A DNA stretch of 61,289 nucleotides, filler included. It is 9 parts of 9 records of this genome, joined end to end, with 100 filler letters (N's around TTAATTAATTAA, not from the genome) between each part and the next. Parts side by side here need not be neighbours in the genome. Positions count along the whole stretch, not along the records: positions 19,150 to 30,278 come from SRR31147125_86823; positions 30,379 to 37,931 come from SRR31147125_86876; 7 more parts are not named here. One strand, 5' to 3'. Position numbers and translations under genes: made by a program. The first letter of the stretch is position 1, and the number at the start of each line of letters is the position of its first letter. Positions 19,321 to 30,435 of the stretch are shown in pieces. The notes under the pieces are model-generated. The model was not told the DNA's origin and ran no database searches. It saw only the letters and a list, made by a program, of their open reading frames with translations.

Positions 19321-20532
19321 ATGAGTGACCCCTTTTGCGTGCCCGACAACGAAATCAACCAACGCACGGCAGCCATTCAACGATTGCTTCAGGCCCAGGG
19401 CATTGACGGGGTGTTGATCATCCAACGCGTCGACCTCTTTTATTTTTCTGGAACGGCGCAGAACGGGTTCCTTTATATCCCGGCTGACGGCACGCCTCTT
19501 CTGTTGATAAAAAAGCATCTTCCCCGTGCCCGGGCAGAGTCCGGTCTGGACCATGTCGTCGGCATCCGTTCCGTAAGGGAGATTCCTGCGTATATCGCCC
19601 AGCTTCCCGGAAAACCGCCCACGGTAATCGGGCTTGAGTTTGATGTCCTGCCGGTCGCTTATTTTCTTAAAATCAAGGAATTGTTCAACGGCATTGAATT
19701 TGTCGACGCTGCTCCGCTCATTCTTCAGACGCGCATGCTAAAATCGGCTTGGGAAGTTGAGCAGATGGATAACACTGCCGTGCTTTCCAGCAAAACGTTT
19801 GATTTTATGAAATCAACGATTCGTCCCGGTTTGAGCGAGATCGAATTTTCCGGAATGTTTGAAGCCTATTCACGTAAACATGGGCATGGCGCCATGCTGC
19901 GGATCAGGAATTTCCTAACCGAAGGGTACGCCTGGCACCTTTTATCCGGTAGGAGCGGGGGGCGCGTCGGCCTATTGGATTCCCCTGCCAGCGGAGATGG
20001 TACGTCGGCTGCTTTTCCCTGCGGCGCGGGGAACAAATTGCTTGCCATGGATGAACCGATCATGATTGACTTTTCATCTGTAATGAACGGCTATCATTTG
20101 GATGAAACGAGGATGTTTGCCATCGGTCGGATGCCTGATCGCGCCTTGAAGGCCTGTGATGCGGCAATCGATATTCGCGATACGGTTCTGGCACGGCTGA
20201 AACCCGGTGTGACCGCAGGTGAATTGTTCGATATTTCCGTTGACCGGGCAACGGTTCTCGGATTTGGCGCACACTATTTAGGCCCTCCCGGGAATAAGGT
20301 TTCTTTTGTCGGGCATGGCGTAGGGCTGCAATTGGTTGAACCTCCATTTATCGCCAAGGGCCGCCAAGATCGACTGATGCCCGGCATGACCGTTGCGTTG
20401 GAGCCCAAGCTGGTTTTTGAAAACGAATTTTGTGCTGGAATCGAAGATGTTGTTTTGGTTACCGAAACCGGGTATCGCCTGATCAGCAAGGTACCCGGAA
20501 GGGTTTTTCGTGCGGCACCCCCTACGGGGTGA
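19321..20532 (+). CDS. M24-family (Xaa-Pro) metallopeptidase
   Basis: Creatinase-like N-domain, [39 protein letters not shown]. Confidence 0.9.
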   Translation: MSDPFCVPDNEINQRTAAIQRLLQAQGIDGVLIIQRVDLFYFSGTAQNGFLYIPADGTPLLLIKKHLPRARAESGLDHVVGIRSVREIPAYIAQLPGKPPTVIGLEFDVLPVAYFLKIKELFNGIEFVDAAPLILQTRMLKSAWEVEQMDNTAVLSSKTFDFMKSTIRPGLSEIEFSGMFEAYSRKHGHGAMLRIRNFLTEGYAWHLLSGRSGGRVGLLDSPASGDGTSAAFPCGAGNKLLAMDEPIMIDFSSVMNGYHLDETRMFAIGRMPDRALKACDAAIDIRDTVLARLKPGVTAGELFDISVDRATVLGFGAHYLGPPGNKVSFVGHGVGLQLVEPPFIAKGRQDRLMPGMTVALEPKLVFENEFCAGIEDVVLVTETGYRLISKVPGRVFRAAPPTG

Positions 20533-20546
20533 AACAGGAGGCGCTT

Positions 20547-20840
20547 ATGTGGATACAGATTAAAAAATACATCATGATTGGTATCGTTGCCGCTGCTGGA
20601 TATTTTTTGCTCAGCAACCACTTCATTTATTACAACAAAACGATCTCCTTGCTTCCCAAGGAGGAGCTGACGCTAAAATATACATTCTACAGCATGGATA
20701 GCAAACGTCCACGGACGATCTTGAAGGTGGATGAGCTGCGTTGGGCCGGTATCGGGGACATCATGGTCGAAAAAGGAATGATATCCGAAAACGAGATGTG
20801 GAAACTTGAGGAAAAAGCGGAGAGGGCGTCGCAAGATTGA
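20547..20840 (+). CDS. Small membrane-anchored hypothetical protein
   Basis: [17 protein letters not shown] followed by a TM helix. Confidence 0.7.
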   Translation: MWIQIKKYIMIGIVAAAGYFLLSNHFIYYNKTISLLPKEELTLKYTFYSMDSKRPRTILKVDELRWAGIGDIMVEKGMISENEMWKLEEKAERASQD

Positions 20841-20891
20841 TCCTTTCAACCCCTCCCTGAACGATGTGCGTGACGTCCTGAAACCAGGCAT

Positions 20892-21392
20892 TTATCCCAA
20901 TGGGAGCATGTTGTCGGCGAGGCGGCTGGAAACCTTTTTCAGGTTGACGCTAAGCAGACTCGCCAGACCCTTCAAAATTTTGATGCCGACCTGATCCCGT
21001 TCTTCTGTGATTTCCTCGAAGGCGTGCCTGGGAAAAACCGCTAACCGCACCTTTGTTCGGGCGATCACCGTGGACGAGCGCGGAAAATTATTAATAATCG
21101 ACATCTCGCCGATGGAGCGTCCCCGCCGCAAGGTAGCGTTCACGTCGCGGCTGTCGGGACCGGTTTTCTTGGTCACATCCAATTCGCCATTCTCGACGAA
21201 ACAGACGAAATCCGCCTTGTCCCACTCTTGAAAAAGCATCTCTCCGGCATCGAGATCGAGAAAGTACATCCTTTCCGCCACCTCACGCAGTTCATCTGTT
21301 TCCAGGAATTCAAACAACGGCAGGTTGATTATGAAGTCGACGAGGTTTTGAACATTGCCCGAGCCATCCAGCACCGATTCTTTTTTCAACAT
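20892..21392 (-). CDS. Cyclic-nucleotide-binding domain protein
   Basis: LPLFEFL, GELDVTK, GRSIGEMSII..PRSSTVIA. Confidence 0.88.
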   Translation of the reverse strand: MLKKESVLDGSGNVQNLVDFIINLPLFEFLETDELREVAERMYFLDLDAGEMLFQEWDKADFVCFVENGELDVTKKTGPDSRDVNATLRRGRSIGEMSIINNFPRSSTVIARTKVRLAVFPRHAFEEITEERDQVGIKILKGLASLLSVNLKKVSSRLADNMLPLG

Positions 21393-21596
21393 GTATCTTC
21401 CTGAAGATTGTCCGGTCCGTCACGGCTGCACATCAGCCATCGGACGTGGGAAATAAAATTCTGGTGAATTGAACCCAAAAGGGATAAAAAGTGTTCCGGT
21501 ACCTTTTCTATCGGCATCAGGGTGCAGGACTTGAGGACGGCCAAGCCGGAAATTTTGTTTTTTTGTCAAAAAAAGGATTCATCAGGGCCCAACAAT

Positions 21597-22508
21597 ATGC
21601 TGCATACCTATATCAAACTGTTGTTGACGGCTTTTTTCTGGGGCGGGACCTTTATCTCAGGCAGGATGCTTGCTGATACCGTCGCCCCCTTTTCCGCCGC
21701 CTTTTTCCGTTTTCTGATTGCCGCCGGATGTTTGTATGCCATTGTATTTCAGCGCTATGGAAGCATTCCCCGGTTGCATAAACGACAACTTCTGCCCGTC
21801 CTGTCTCTGGGGCTGACCGGTGTGTTTGCCTACAACGTTTTGTTTTTCAACGGCTTGAAGCTGATCCCTGCAGGACGTGCGTCGATTATCATTGCCAACA
21901 ACCCCATCCTGATTTCGGTTCTTTCCGCATTATTATTCGGCGAAACGCTTACCTCGATCAAGGTCGCCGGTATTTTGATCTCCGTGTCCGGGGCCGTTAC
22001 CGCGATCTCAGGTGGCGATCCAATGACCCTTTTGGCCGGGGGGCTCGGCCCGGGGGATCTTTTTATCCTGGGGTGCGTGCTTAGCTGGTCGGCTTATTCA
22101 CTGCTGGGAAAACGGGTGATCCGTGACCTTTCTCCATTGTTGGCCACATCCCATGCGGCGGCCGTTGGCGCAACCGCCCTGTTCATTCCCGCCTGTATGG
22201 AAGGAATGCCCGGCTTGATGGCTGGTTATTCCCTGGTCGATTGGGGCAATCTTGCCTACCTTGGAGTGTTTGGCACGGTGATTGGGTTTGTCTGGTATTA
22301 TGACGGTATCCGGACCATCGGCCCCTCCCGGGCCAGTCTTTTCATTAACTTCGTGCCCATTAGCGCCATCCTGCTGGCGCATGTGATCCTTGACGAGCCA
22401 CTGACGCCATCATTGCTGATGGGGGCATGCATGGTGGTCGCCGGGGTTACCATTAACCAGCTGACGATTGCGGGAAGAGGATTGGCCCGTCCGAGAAGGG
22501 GGCCATGA
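21597..22508 (+). CDS. DMT/EamA-family transporter
   Basis: About 10 TM helices, FFWGGTF, IGPSRASLFINFVP. Confidence 0.9.
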   Translation: MLHTYIKLLLTAFFWGGTFISGRMLADTVAPFSAAFFRFLIAAGCLYAIVFQRYGSIPRLHKRQLLPVLSLGLTGVFAYNVLFFNGLKLIPAGRASIIIANNPILISVLSALLFGETLTSIKVAGILISVSGAVTAISGGDPMTLLAGGLGPGDLFILGCVLSWSAYSLLGKRVIRDLSPLLATSHAAAVGATALFIPACMEGMPGLMAGYSLVDWGNLAYLGVFGTVIGFVWYYDGIRTIGPSRASLFINFVPISAILLAHVILDEPLTPSLLMGACMVVAGVTINQLTIAGRGLARPRRGP

Positions 22509-22581
22509 CCCATTGCCGGGCGGGGCTGAAGTTCTGCGCCGGCAGGGTGGCAATGCCATAGGCGACAGAAAGGAGGAACTC

Positions 22582-23052
22582 TTGTTATCCATTCAAATCC
22601 CCGGGTTCGGAACCCTGGGCCTCGAGCATTTGGTCCTGGACTATAATGGCACCCTGGCCGTGGACGGCGTGCTGCTGCCCGGTGTCACGGAGGCGCTCAA
22701 TACCCTTTCCACTAAACTGGCCGTGCATGTGATCACCGCCGATACGTTTGGTGTGGCGGCCAAGGGCTTGCAAGGGGTCAATTGTAAATTAACCGTGCTG
22801 GAAAAAGGCCGTCAGGATCAAGCCAAGGCAGATTTTGTCAGTCGCCTGGGGACGGATCGAACGGTGAGTATCGGTAATGGACGGAACGACGCGTTAATGC
22901 TTTCGGCTTCCAGGCTGGGCATTGCCGTTATTTTGGCGGAAGGCGCATCCTCGGTGAGTTTGAATGCGGCAGATATCGTCTGCACGGATATCGGTCGTGC
23001 GCTTGAGCTGTTGATGCATCCGTTGCGTCTGACCGCAACATTACGGTCTTGA
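22582..23052 (+). CDS. Soluble P-type-ATPase-like HAD protein
   Basis: TTG start after AGGAGG; LDYNGTLA.DG, TADTFG, IGNGRND. Confidence 0.88.
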   Translation: MLSIQIPGFGTLGLEHLVLDYNGTLAVDGVLLPGVTEALNTLSTKLAVHVITADTFGVAAKGLQGVNCKLTVLEKGRQDQAKADFVSRLGTDRTVSIGNGRNDALMLSASRLGIAVILAEGASSVSLNAADIVCTDIGRALELLMHPLRLTATLRS

Positions 23053-23135
23053 TGGGGATTTATTTGGCAAATCCAGCGCATTCGGAATCTCTACGGTCGC
23101 GGGCATGGTCCGGTTCTACCGGTATCGACGCATGT

Positions 23136-24179
23136 TCACTTAAAATAATCAACCCCGATTCCCTGCATCTGATCCTTTACCGTGGCCGTGCCGTCATCCC
23201 CCAGATGGTGCTTGGCTGCCTTTTGTTTCACCGCCATCCGGAAACAATGGGCCAGTTGTTCATCCGAACCGCCGGCTTTTAATGTCTCTTTCATGGAGAT
23301 GTATTGATCGGAAAGCAGACAGGCGCGAAGCTTCCCGTCCGCGGTCAGCCGCAGGCGGTTGCAGCGGCTGCAGAAATGATGGCTCAGGGCGCTGATAAAA
23401 CCGACTTCTCCCTTCGCGCCGGCAATACGATAGCGCCTGGCCGGGCCGTCGTTCCGGCCGTTGTCCAAGGGAATCAACTCGCCGAGGGCGGCAATACGCG
23501 CCTGGATTTCGGGGGTCAGAATCTGATCCTTCGATGATGACCGGCTGTTGCCGATGGGCATGTATTCGATGAAACGGATATGAAAGGGGTATTTCAGGGA
23601 AAGTCCGGCCAGGTCAATAATTTCATCGTCATTGATCCCCCGCATGGCAACGGCATTGATTTTAATCGGAGAAAAACCGATTTCATGGACTCGCTGAATA
23701 CCCGCCCAGACCCGTTCGAAATGGTCGTATCCGGTGATGTGGGCAAATTTTTCGCGGTTCAATGAATCCAGGCTGATGTTGATGCGTCTGATACCGGCAT
23801 CGAAAATGCGTTGGGCGTTGTCGGCGAGGAGAACGCCGTTGGTGGTCAGGGAGACATCCTTCAACTGGGGAATGCGGGCCAAACGACCCAAAAGGTCGAT
23901 GGCGCCTCTTCTCACCAAGGGTTCACCACCGGTAATCCGCACTTTACGGATGCCGAGGCGGATACCGATATCAACTACACGCAGAATTTCCTCATGGCTG
24001 AGGATCTGGGTATGGTTCAGTTTAGGGATTCGGCCGTCGGGTGCGCAGTAAAGGCACCTGAGATTGCAGCGGTCGGTAATCGAGATGCGCAGGTAGTTCA
24101 GATGGCGTTTTTCCCGGTCCACCAGTTCTCCGATGGTGATCATTTCATTTTCTTTAGGTGTTTCCATTTTCGCTTCCAT
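23136..24179 (-). CDS. moaA: GTP 3',8-cyclase MoaA (C-terminal GG lost by a probable indel)
   Basis: RISITDRCNLRCLYC, TGGEPL, FCSRCNRLRLTADGKLRACL; one extra G at 23153-23156 restores ...IGG* ending at about 23149. Confidence 0.96.
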   Translation of the reverse strand: MEAKMETPKENEMITIGELVDREKRHLNYLRISITDRCNLRCLYCAPDGRIPKLNHTQILSHEEILRVVDIGIRLGIRKVRITGGEPLVRRGAIDLLGRLARIPQLKDVSLTTNGVLLADNAQRIFDAGIRRINISLDSLNREKFAHITGYDHFERVWAGIQRVHEIGFSPIKINAVAMRGINDDEIIDLAGLSLKYPFHIRFIEYMPIGNSRSSSKDQILTPEIQARIAALGELIPLDNGRNDGPARRYRIAGAKGEVGFISALSHHFCSRCNRLRLTADGKLRACLLSDQYISMKETLKAGGSDEQLAHCFRMAVKQKAAKHHLGDDGTATVKDQMQGIGVDYFK

Positions 24180-24194
24180 TGGCTGCTGCTGGTT

Positions 24195-25733
24195 CTATCG
24201 ATCATTTCGATTAAAATTTTCCACAATCGCCTGAACCAACCCGGGAATGGTGTACGATTGCGCCTCGATGGCAACCGTAAATCCAAGATCGCGGGCGGTT
24301 TGAGAAGTGATAGGGCCGATACTGGCCACCGTGACCGCCTCCATTGTCTGGTCGATCCGGTCGGCCGGCAGCAGACGATGGAAATTTTTTGCCGTGGATG
24401 AACTGGTGAAGGTGACCATGTCGATGGTCCCGGCTTCCAGCCTTTGGACCAATTCTTGGCCGGCGTCGTCCACTTGCCGGGTCTCGTAGGCGGTGATCTC
24501 ATTGACAATGGCGCCCATGCGGGTCAGTTCGACGGGAAGCACGCTGCGCGCCTCCATGGCCCGGGGCAGCAAGACCTTGACTCCCTTGATGGAGGCCGCC
24601 GCAAATGCCTCCACAACCGATTCGGCCCGATAGCTTTGGGGAACGATATCGCTGGCAAGGCCCCAGGACTTGAGACGATCCGCGGTGGCCGGGCCGATGG
24701 ATGCGGTTTTGATGTTTCCCAGGGCGCGCACGTCAAGCCCCTTGGACCAGAGACGGCGAAAGAAATGGTCGACTCCGTTGACGCTGGTAAAAACGATCCA
24801 CGCATACTGGTCGAGGGTCTCTATGGCACGGTCCAGGGGGGCCCAATCAGACGGCGGCCCGACTTTAATGGTGGGACATTGAATGCAATCGGCACCGACC
24901 TCGGTCAGTTGAGCGACCAGATCGCTGGCCTGCTCGCGGGCCCGGGTGACGACAACGCGTTGTCCCAGCAGCGGCCGACGTTCAAACCACTGCATGGTGT
25001 CGCGCAGGCTGACGACGCTGCCCACGATAATGATGGCCGGCGCCTTGATGCCCGCTTGACGGGTAACCTCCACGATGGTGGCCAGGGTCGCGGTGACCGT
25101 CCGTTGGCGTGGTGTGCTGCCCCAGCGGATCACCGCCACGGGGGTGTCCGCGTCTCGGCCATGGGCTACCAGATTGTCCGCGATGGAAGGCAGGTTCTTG
25201 ACCCCCATGAAAAATACCAAGGTCCCGATGCCGGTGGCAAGGGCCTGCCAGTCGATGCTGGACGTTGGTTTGGTGGGGTCTTCATGGCCGGTGATGAACG
25301 CCACGTTGGATGTATGATTGCGGTGGGTCAGGGGAATCCCGGCGTAGGCCGAGGCGCCGATGGCGGCGGTGACACCGGGAACGATTTCGAAGGGAATCCC
25401 CGCGGCGACCAGTACTTCGACTTCTTCCCCCCGGCCGAAGATGAAGGGGTCGCCGCCTTTGAGACGCGCCACGCTTTTGCCGGTGGTGGCTTTCTCGACG
25501 ATCAGGGCGTTGATGCCGTCCTGGGGCAGGGTGTGATCTCCCCCCTTTTTGCCTACATAGATCAGTTCCGCATCGGCCGCGGCATGCGCCAAAAGGGCCG
25601 GAGATGCCAGATAGTCGTAGACCACCACATCGGCCTTTTTTATGCAGTCGATCCCCTTGACGGTAATCAGATCCGGATCACCGGGGCCGGCACCGACCAA
25701 AAAAACGGTGCCTGTTTTGTCGTTAGTGCGCAT
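24195..25733 (-). CDS. cobA: Fused uroporphyrinogen-III C-methyltransferase / uroporphyrinogen-III synthase
   Basis: LVGAGPGDPDLIT, RLKGGDPFIFGR, GIPLTHR; HemD part TRAREQA, FTSVNGV, FTSSST; ATG at 25733. Confidence 0.95.
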   Translation of the reverse strand: MRTNDKTGTVFLVGAGPGDPDLITVKGIDCIKKADVVVYDYLASPALLAHAAADAELIYVGKKGGDHTLPQDGINALIVEKATTGKSVARLKGGDPFIFGRGEEVEVLVAAGIPFEIVPGVTAAIGASAYAGIPLTHRNHTSNVAFITGHEDPTKPTSSIDWQALATGIGTLVFFMGVKNLPSIADNLVAHGRDADTPVAVIRWGSTPRQRTVTATLATIVEVTRQAGIKAPAIIIVGSVVSLRDTMQWFERRPLLGQRVVVTRAREQASDLVAQLTEVGADCIQCPTIKVGPPSDWAPLDRAIETLDQYAWIVFTSVNGVDHFFRRLWSKGLDVRALGNIKTASIGPATADRLKSWGLASDIVPQSYRAESVVEAFAAASIKGVKVLLPRAMEARSVLPVELTRMGAIVNEITAYETRQVDDAGQELVQRLEAGTIDMVTFTSSSTAKNFHRLLPADRIDQTMEAVTVASIGPITSQTARDLGFTVAIEAQSYTIPGLVQAIVENFNRNDR

Positions 25734-26661
25734 TTGCGTTGAGTCTTTCCAGTATGTCGCCGGCACCTCTGGCCAGAAGGGCATTGGCCAGTTCCAGGCC
25801 GATGCGCTCGCTTTGGTCGGCGGGACCGCTGTGCGTCTGTTTGATCAACTGGGATCCGTCCACGTCACAGACCAGCCCGGTGAGTGAGAAATCGTTGTCG
25901 TCGATAATATGACCGTGGCCGGCAATAGGCACCTGGCAACCGCCTTCCAAGCGGTTGAGAAAGGCCCGTTCTCCCAGTACCACCTGCCGGGTGGCCAGAT
26001 GGTTCAGCGTACCCGTCATCGTGGCAACACACGGGTCCGCCTCCCTGGTTTCGATGCAAAGGGCACCCTGCCCGACGGCAGGCAGCATGAGCGATTCATC
26101 CAGGACCTGGGTGATACGGTCGGCCAGTCCCAGGCGACGGACGCCGGCCGCCGCCAGCACGATGGCATCCAGGGATTCGGTTTGCAGTTTCTTAAGCCGT
26201 GTGTCCAGGTTGCCGCGCAGGGGAACGATATCGATATCCGGACGCGCATGCAGCAATTGGGCGGATCGGCGCAGGCTGCTGGTGCCGACGCGGGCGCCCT
26301 GTTTGAGCTGTTCGAGCGGCAGGCCACTCTTGGTGATCAGCACATCGCGCGGCTCTTCACGCTCCGGGACCGCTCCGATGCAAAGCCCGGCGGGAATGTC
26401 GGCGGGCATGTCCTTCATGCTGTGGACCGCCAGATCGATACGGCCGTCCAACAGTGCCTCCTCGATCTCTTTGACGAAGAGTCCCTTGCCGCCTACCTTG
26501 GCCAAGGGGACGTCCAGAATCTTGTCGCCCCGTGTTTTGATAATCGTGAGTTCAACGGTCAGGCCGGGATTCTTGTCCGATATGGCCGATCTCACCCAAT
26601 TGGCCTGCCAGAGGGCCAGTTGGCTTCCACGGGTGCCAATGGTAATTTTGTCGGTGGCCAT
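25723..26661 (-). CDS. hemC: Hydroxymethylbilane synthase
   Basis: GTRGSQLALWQA, GGKGLFVKE, AVHSMKD, GTSSLRR, LEGGCQVP; start at ATG 26661 (TGATG coupling). Confidence 0.97.
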   Translation of the reverse strand: MATDKITIGTRGSQLALWQANWVRSAISDKNPGLTVELTIIKTRGDKILDVPLAKVGGKGLFVKEIEEALLDGRIDLAVHSMKDMPADIPAGLCIGAVPEREEPRDVLITKSGLPLEQLKQGARVGTSSLRRSAQLLHARPDIDIVPLRGNLDTRLKKLQTESLDAIVLAAAGVRRLGLADRITQVLDESLMLPAVGQGALCIETREADPCVATMTGTLNHLATRQVVLGERAFLNRLEGGCQVPIAGHGHIIDDNDFSLTGLVCDVDGSQLIKQTHSGPADQSERIGLELANALLARGAGDILERLNANAH

Positions 26662-26894
26662 CAGTGACCGCATCCGGCACAGCTGGTCGCGCTGCAACCC
26701 GTGCAGGAGGACGCGCCGGCGGACTGGCCGACCGTCTCTCCGCCGGCGCCTTTGCTGAGAAAGCCGCAGGTGGACATGAGCCGGCAAACCGTATCGGCCT
26801 TGCAGGCGGGGCACTGGTTGGGTTCACTGCCGCCCAGTACCAGGTATTCGAAATCGTGACCGCATCCGTTACAATGGTATTCATAGATGGGCAT
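26661..26894 (-). CDS. FmdB-family zinc-ribbon protein
   Basis: MPIYEYHCNGCGHDFE..CPAC..CTGC..SCAGC. Confidence 0.9.
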   Translation of the reverse strand: MPIYEYHCNGCGHDFEYLVLGGSEPNQCPACKADTVCRLMSTCGFLSKGAGGETVGQSAGASSCTGCSATSCAGCGH

Positions 26895-27050
26895 GGGGTG
26901 TCTGCTCCTTGTTCAAGGTCGTTAAAAAGTTGCTCCGCAGAATTCATTACGATAAGCATCAACGCAGCAAAAGCAACTTCTCGCGTTTCGCCCGGCAGGA
27001 CCGGCCGCGCCCGGTCATAACGGCAGGCCAGATGCTGTCGCGGTTCTTTC

Positions 27051-28409
27051 TCAGGACGCCTTGGCGGCCATCAGCCGATGCTGGGCGGCGTCGATTTGTG
27101 CATGGCTGTCATGGCCGCGCCGCACGGCGGATTCGAAGGCCGCCAGGGCATCTTCCAGCTTTCCCTGGTTCAGGTATACCGTCGCCAGGTGGTGCCGGAA
27201 AAGTCCGCTTTGGGGATCCAGGCGAACACTCTGCCGACACAATGCCTCGGCCACATCCAGGCTCTCTTCCCGTTCGGCGTACAGACGCCCCAGAGTGGAT
27301 AGCGATTGCGCGTCGTCGGGGTTTATTTTCACGGCGCTCTTGTAGGCCTGGATGGCATCCTTGGTCAATACCAATCTGTCCAGGCAGGCGCCGAGATTTT
27401 TAAAGGCCGCCCCCGAGCGATCGTTGGTTCGCGTGGCGGCTTCCAGGAAAGCACGGGCGTCGGCGGGTCGATCCATTTCCATGTAGATCAGGCCGATGTG
27501 AAATACCACCTCGAAAACATCCGGCTCGCGTTCATGGGCATCCAGCAGGCAGTCCAGGGCCTGGTCATTTTGTCCCTTGAGCGAGAGAACGTACCCCTTG
27601 TTGTAGATGGCCATGACATCTTCGGGGGCCAGCCAGTTGGCATTTTCAAAAGCGGCCAGGGCGTTGTCGTAATCCTTCAAGATGCCATGGCACACGCCCA
27701 GGCTGTTGTGCAGGTTGGCGTAGGTCGGATCGATCAGCAACCCTTTCTTAAACTCATCGATGGCACCTTTGATGTGGCCCGCCTGATAGCGGCGGTCGCC
27801 ACTGATATTCAGGCTCACCGCATCGAAGCGGGTGATCGTACCGGGACCAAAAAAGGCACCATGATCGAGTGCCTTTTCACCATTTTCGACGATTTGGCGG
27901 CGGCTGTAATTGATCATCGGGTAAGCCGCAACGCCGACCGTGATCTCGAACGCGCCTGTTGCGTGGATGGTTTTCAACATCGTTTCCGCCAGGCACTGTC
28001 CATCATCGGCGGTCCGGTCGGCAAGCGCACAGGCAAAGCGATCCGGACCGATGCGGGCCCAGACGCCTCCGTGAGCCCGGCCGAGCGCGGCCAGGGGGGT
28101 GATGGGCGCCGCTATTGTTTCTTCTGCCTGTGGGTCGTCTTCCGGTAGTGTCGCTGCCGGCTTTTCGATTTGGATTGCCACAACGCACAAAGTGGCTGCG
28201 GATGCCATTTGAGCATCGATGGCGTCCTCCAGCCCCTGACGGTCCAGCATGTCGGGAAGGTCGGTTGAAAGCGCGGTGGGGGGACGATTTGAGTGAGCCA
28301 CCTCGGCTGTGGCATTATTGCCTCCATCGATGGTTTCATCGGTATGGGATACGAGAAAATCCTGGGTCGTACTTCGATTGTGGAACAAATCCGGAGTGTT
28401 TTTCGCCAT
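27051..28409 (-). CDS. Degenerate GGDEF-like + TPR-repeat protein (in frame with selA in this assembly)
   Basis: Internal ATG at 28409 preceded by AAAGGTGA; GGDEF-like segment (ARIGPDRFAC, ITVGVAAYP, KALDHG); multiple TPR repeats. Confidence 0.75.
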   Translation of the reverse strand: MAKNTPDLFHNRSTTQDFLVSHTDETIDGGNNATAEVAHSNRPPTALSTDLPDMLDRQGLEDAIDAQMASAATLCVVAIQIEKPAATLPEDDPQAEETIAAPITPLAALGRAHGGVWARIGPDRFACALADRTADDGQCLAETMLKTIHATGAFEITVGVAAYPMINYSRRQIVENGEKALDHGAFFGPGTITRFDAVSLNISGDRRYQAGHIKGAIDEFKKGLLIDPTYANLHNSLGVCHGILKDYDNALAAFENANWLAPEDVMAIYNKGYVLSLKGQNDQALDCLLDAHEREPDVFEVVFHIGLIYMEMDRPADARAFLEAATRTNDRSGAAFKNLGACLDRLVLTKDAIQAYKSAVKINPDDAQSLSTLGRLYAEREESLDVAEALCRQSVRLDPQSGLFRHHLATVYLNQGKLEDALAAFESAVRRGHDSHAQIDAAQHRLMAAKAS

Positions 28410-29840
28410 CGATTCACCTTTGGGGGCGTCGTCGGCCAGCATGTCAGCAAAGGCCTTTTCAATTATTGCCAACTCTTCTTCCTGCAGGGTACGGGGATCC
28501 ATGATAAAACGGTCGTTTTCGATGCGCCCGATGATGGGCGGCGCATGCCGGCGCATCCATAGCTCGATGCCATTGGCGGACATGTCCTTGACCGACACCC
28601 CGATGCAGCGGCTGGGTAGATTTAACAACGGCAAGGATCCGCCACCGGCCTTGGAGGCGAGATCCATGGCCTCGACCCCCATCCGGTCGCCTGCCACTTT
28701 TTCAAGGCGGGCCTTAAGATCGACGGCACGCGCCTCGACGACCGTCAGCGGCATGGTGAGCATGCGCAAGGTGGGAATCTGCTGCATGGCCTTGGGCTCG
28801 TCCCGGTAAAGCTGCAAGGTCGCTTCCAGGGCGGCCAGGGTCATTTTGTCAATGCGCAGGGCGCGGGTCAGCGGGTTGGCCTTGATGCGGTCGATGTGCG
28901 TTCTATCCCCCAGAATTATCCCTGCCTGGGGACCGCCCAGCAGTTTGTCACCGCTGAATGTGACCACATCCACACCGGCCGTCAGGGAGTCTTGAACCGT
29001 AGGTTCCTTGGTCAGCCCATATTTTGAGAAATCGACCAGCGTGCCGCTGCCTAAATCTTCCATGACCGGCAGATCGTGATGGCGCCCGATGGCCACAAGG
29101 TCGGGCAGGCTGACCGCTGCCGTAAAGCCCACGATGCTGTAATTGCTTGTGTGCGCCTTGAGTAAAAGCCCGGTTTGGTCGCCAATGGCGTTTTCGTAAT
29201 CCCGCGGGTGAGTGCGATTGGTGGTTCCAACCTCCTTTAGCAGGGCACCGCTTTTGGCCATTACGTCCGGGATTCGAAATGCGCCTCCGATCTCGACCAA
29301 CTCGCCCCGGGAGACAACCACTTCGCGCCCTTTGGCCATCGTTTCCAGGCAGAGCAGGACCGCGGCGGCATTGTTGTTAACGACCATGGCGGCGCGGGCC
29401 CCACTCAATTCGCATAGGATGTCTTCAACCGCGCTATAACGGGATCCGCGCCGGCCCTTTCGCAGGTCGAACTCCAGATTGGAATAGCGGCTGGAGATCG
29501 TGGCCAGATTTTCCAGCACCGCCTGTGAGAGCAGCGAACGGCCCAGGTTGGTATGTACCACGACACCGGTGGCGTTGATGGTGCGTGTGAGGCGCAACGC
29601 CAAGGCGTCCGATGCGCGTCTGCACGCCTCATCGACCAGGATGCCGGGTGACAGTCCTCCATCGGCCGGCGCTTGGTCCGAGGCCAGAATCCTTTGGCGC
29701 AGGTTTTCGATGGTGTCGCGAATGGCCGGTATCAGAACCGATTTGGGAATATTGTCAAACTGTCCGCCGTTGATTCCATACTCGAGGATCCGGTCGACTC
29801 CGGGCAGCCGTCGCAACTGGGCCTGTTTGGTTTCATTCAT
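28410..29840 (-). CDS. selA: L-seryl-tRNA(Sec) selenium transferase
   Basis: INATGVVVHTNLGRS, VVNNNAAAV, SRGELVEIGG.FRIPD, EVGTTNRT, FSGDKLLGGPQAG, RALRIDK. Confidence 0.96.
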
Positions 29841-30278
29841 TATCTTCAGGGCTTTCCTCGACCGGTTCGAAAACCGTGTTGGGGATCAGGTCCACCAGGG
29901 TCTGGAAGTGGGCGGGGGTAAGATTAAGACTCGCCAGCCGGTCGATCAGCTGGGCGGCTCCGATGCGCTCCAGTTCGAGGCCGCTATGGAAGCGGGACAT
30001 GAGCAGATCCGCCAGATAGACGATGGTGGTGAGCGTCTGGTGGTTGTGACTATTTTCCGGCTGGTGGTGAAATTGGATCGCATCCACCAACATGGAGGGC
30101 AGGTCCCATTTTTGCGCCAACACTCCACCCACCCGGGTGTGATCCATCCCCAGAATCGATGTTTCCGCGCCTATAAGGTCGGCGGCTTGATTCTGGAATT
30201 CCCGGTAAAGCATCGGGTACGCGGCGGAAATGTACTGGTCCAGCACAACCTTGCCGATGTCGTGGAGCAGGCCGGCGG
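29833..30278 (-). CDS. HDOD-domain protein, 5'-truncated
   Basis: AGLLHDIGKVVL, E..ILGMDH.RVG..LA.KW.LP..L..AI.FHH. Confidence 0.88.
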
Positions 30279-30378
30279 NNNNNNNNNNNNNNNNNNNNNN
30301 NNNNNNNNNNNNNNNNNNNNNNTTAATTAATTAANNNNNNNNNNNNNNNNNNNNNNNNNNNNNNNNNNNNNNNNNNNN
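30279..30378. other. Artificial contig linker
   Basis: N44-TTAATTAATTAA-N44. Confidence 0.99.
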
Positions 30379-30435
30379 CGTTGTGAGTAAGCTGCTCATG
30401 CGCGTTTACTACAAAAACTTAAGAGAGCATATTTC

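Noticed and set aside
24444..26758. Long + strand ORFs (432, 252 and 267 aa) and similar antisense ORFs elsewhere
   Set aside because: Shadow frames of cobA/hemC and other GC-rich genes, with no recognisable motifs
26661..29840. Selenoprotein TGA read-through near selA
   Set aside because: The TGA stops examined (e.g. FmdB/hemC TGATG) are ordinary coupled stops, with no Cys-aligned in-frame TGA seen
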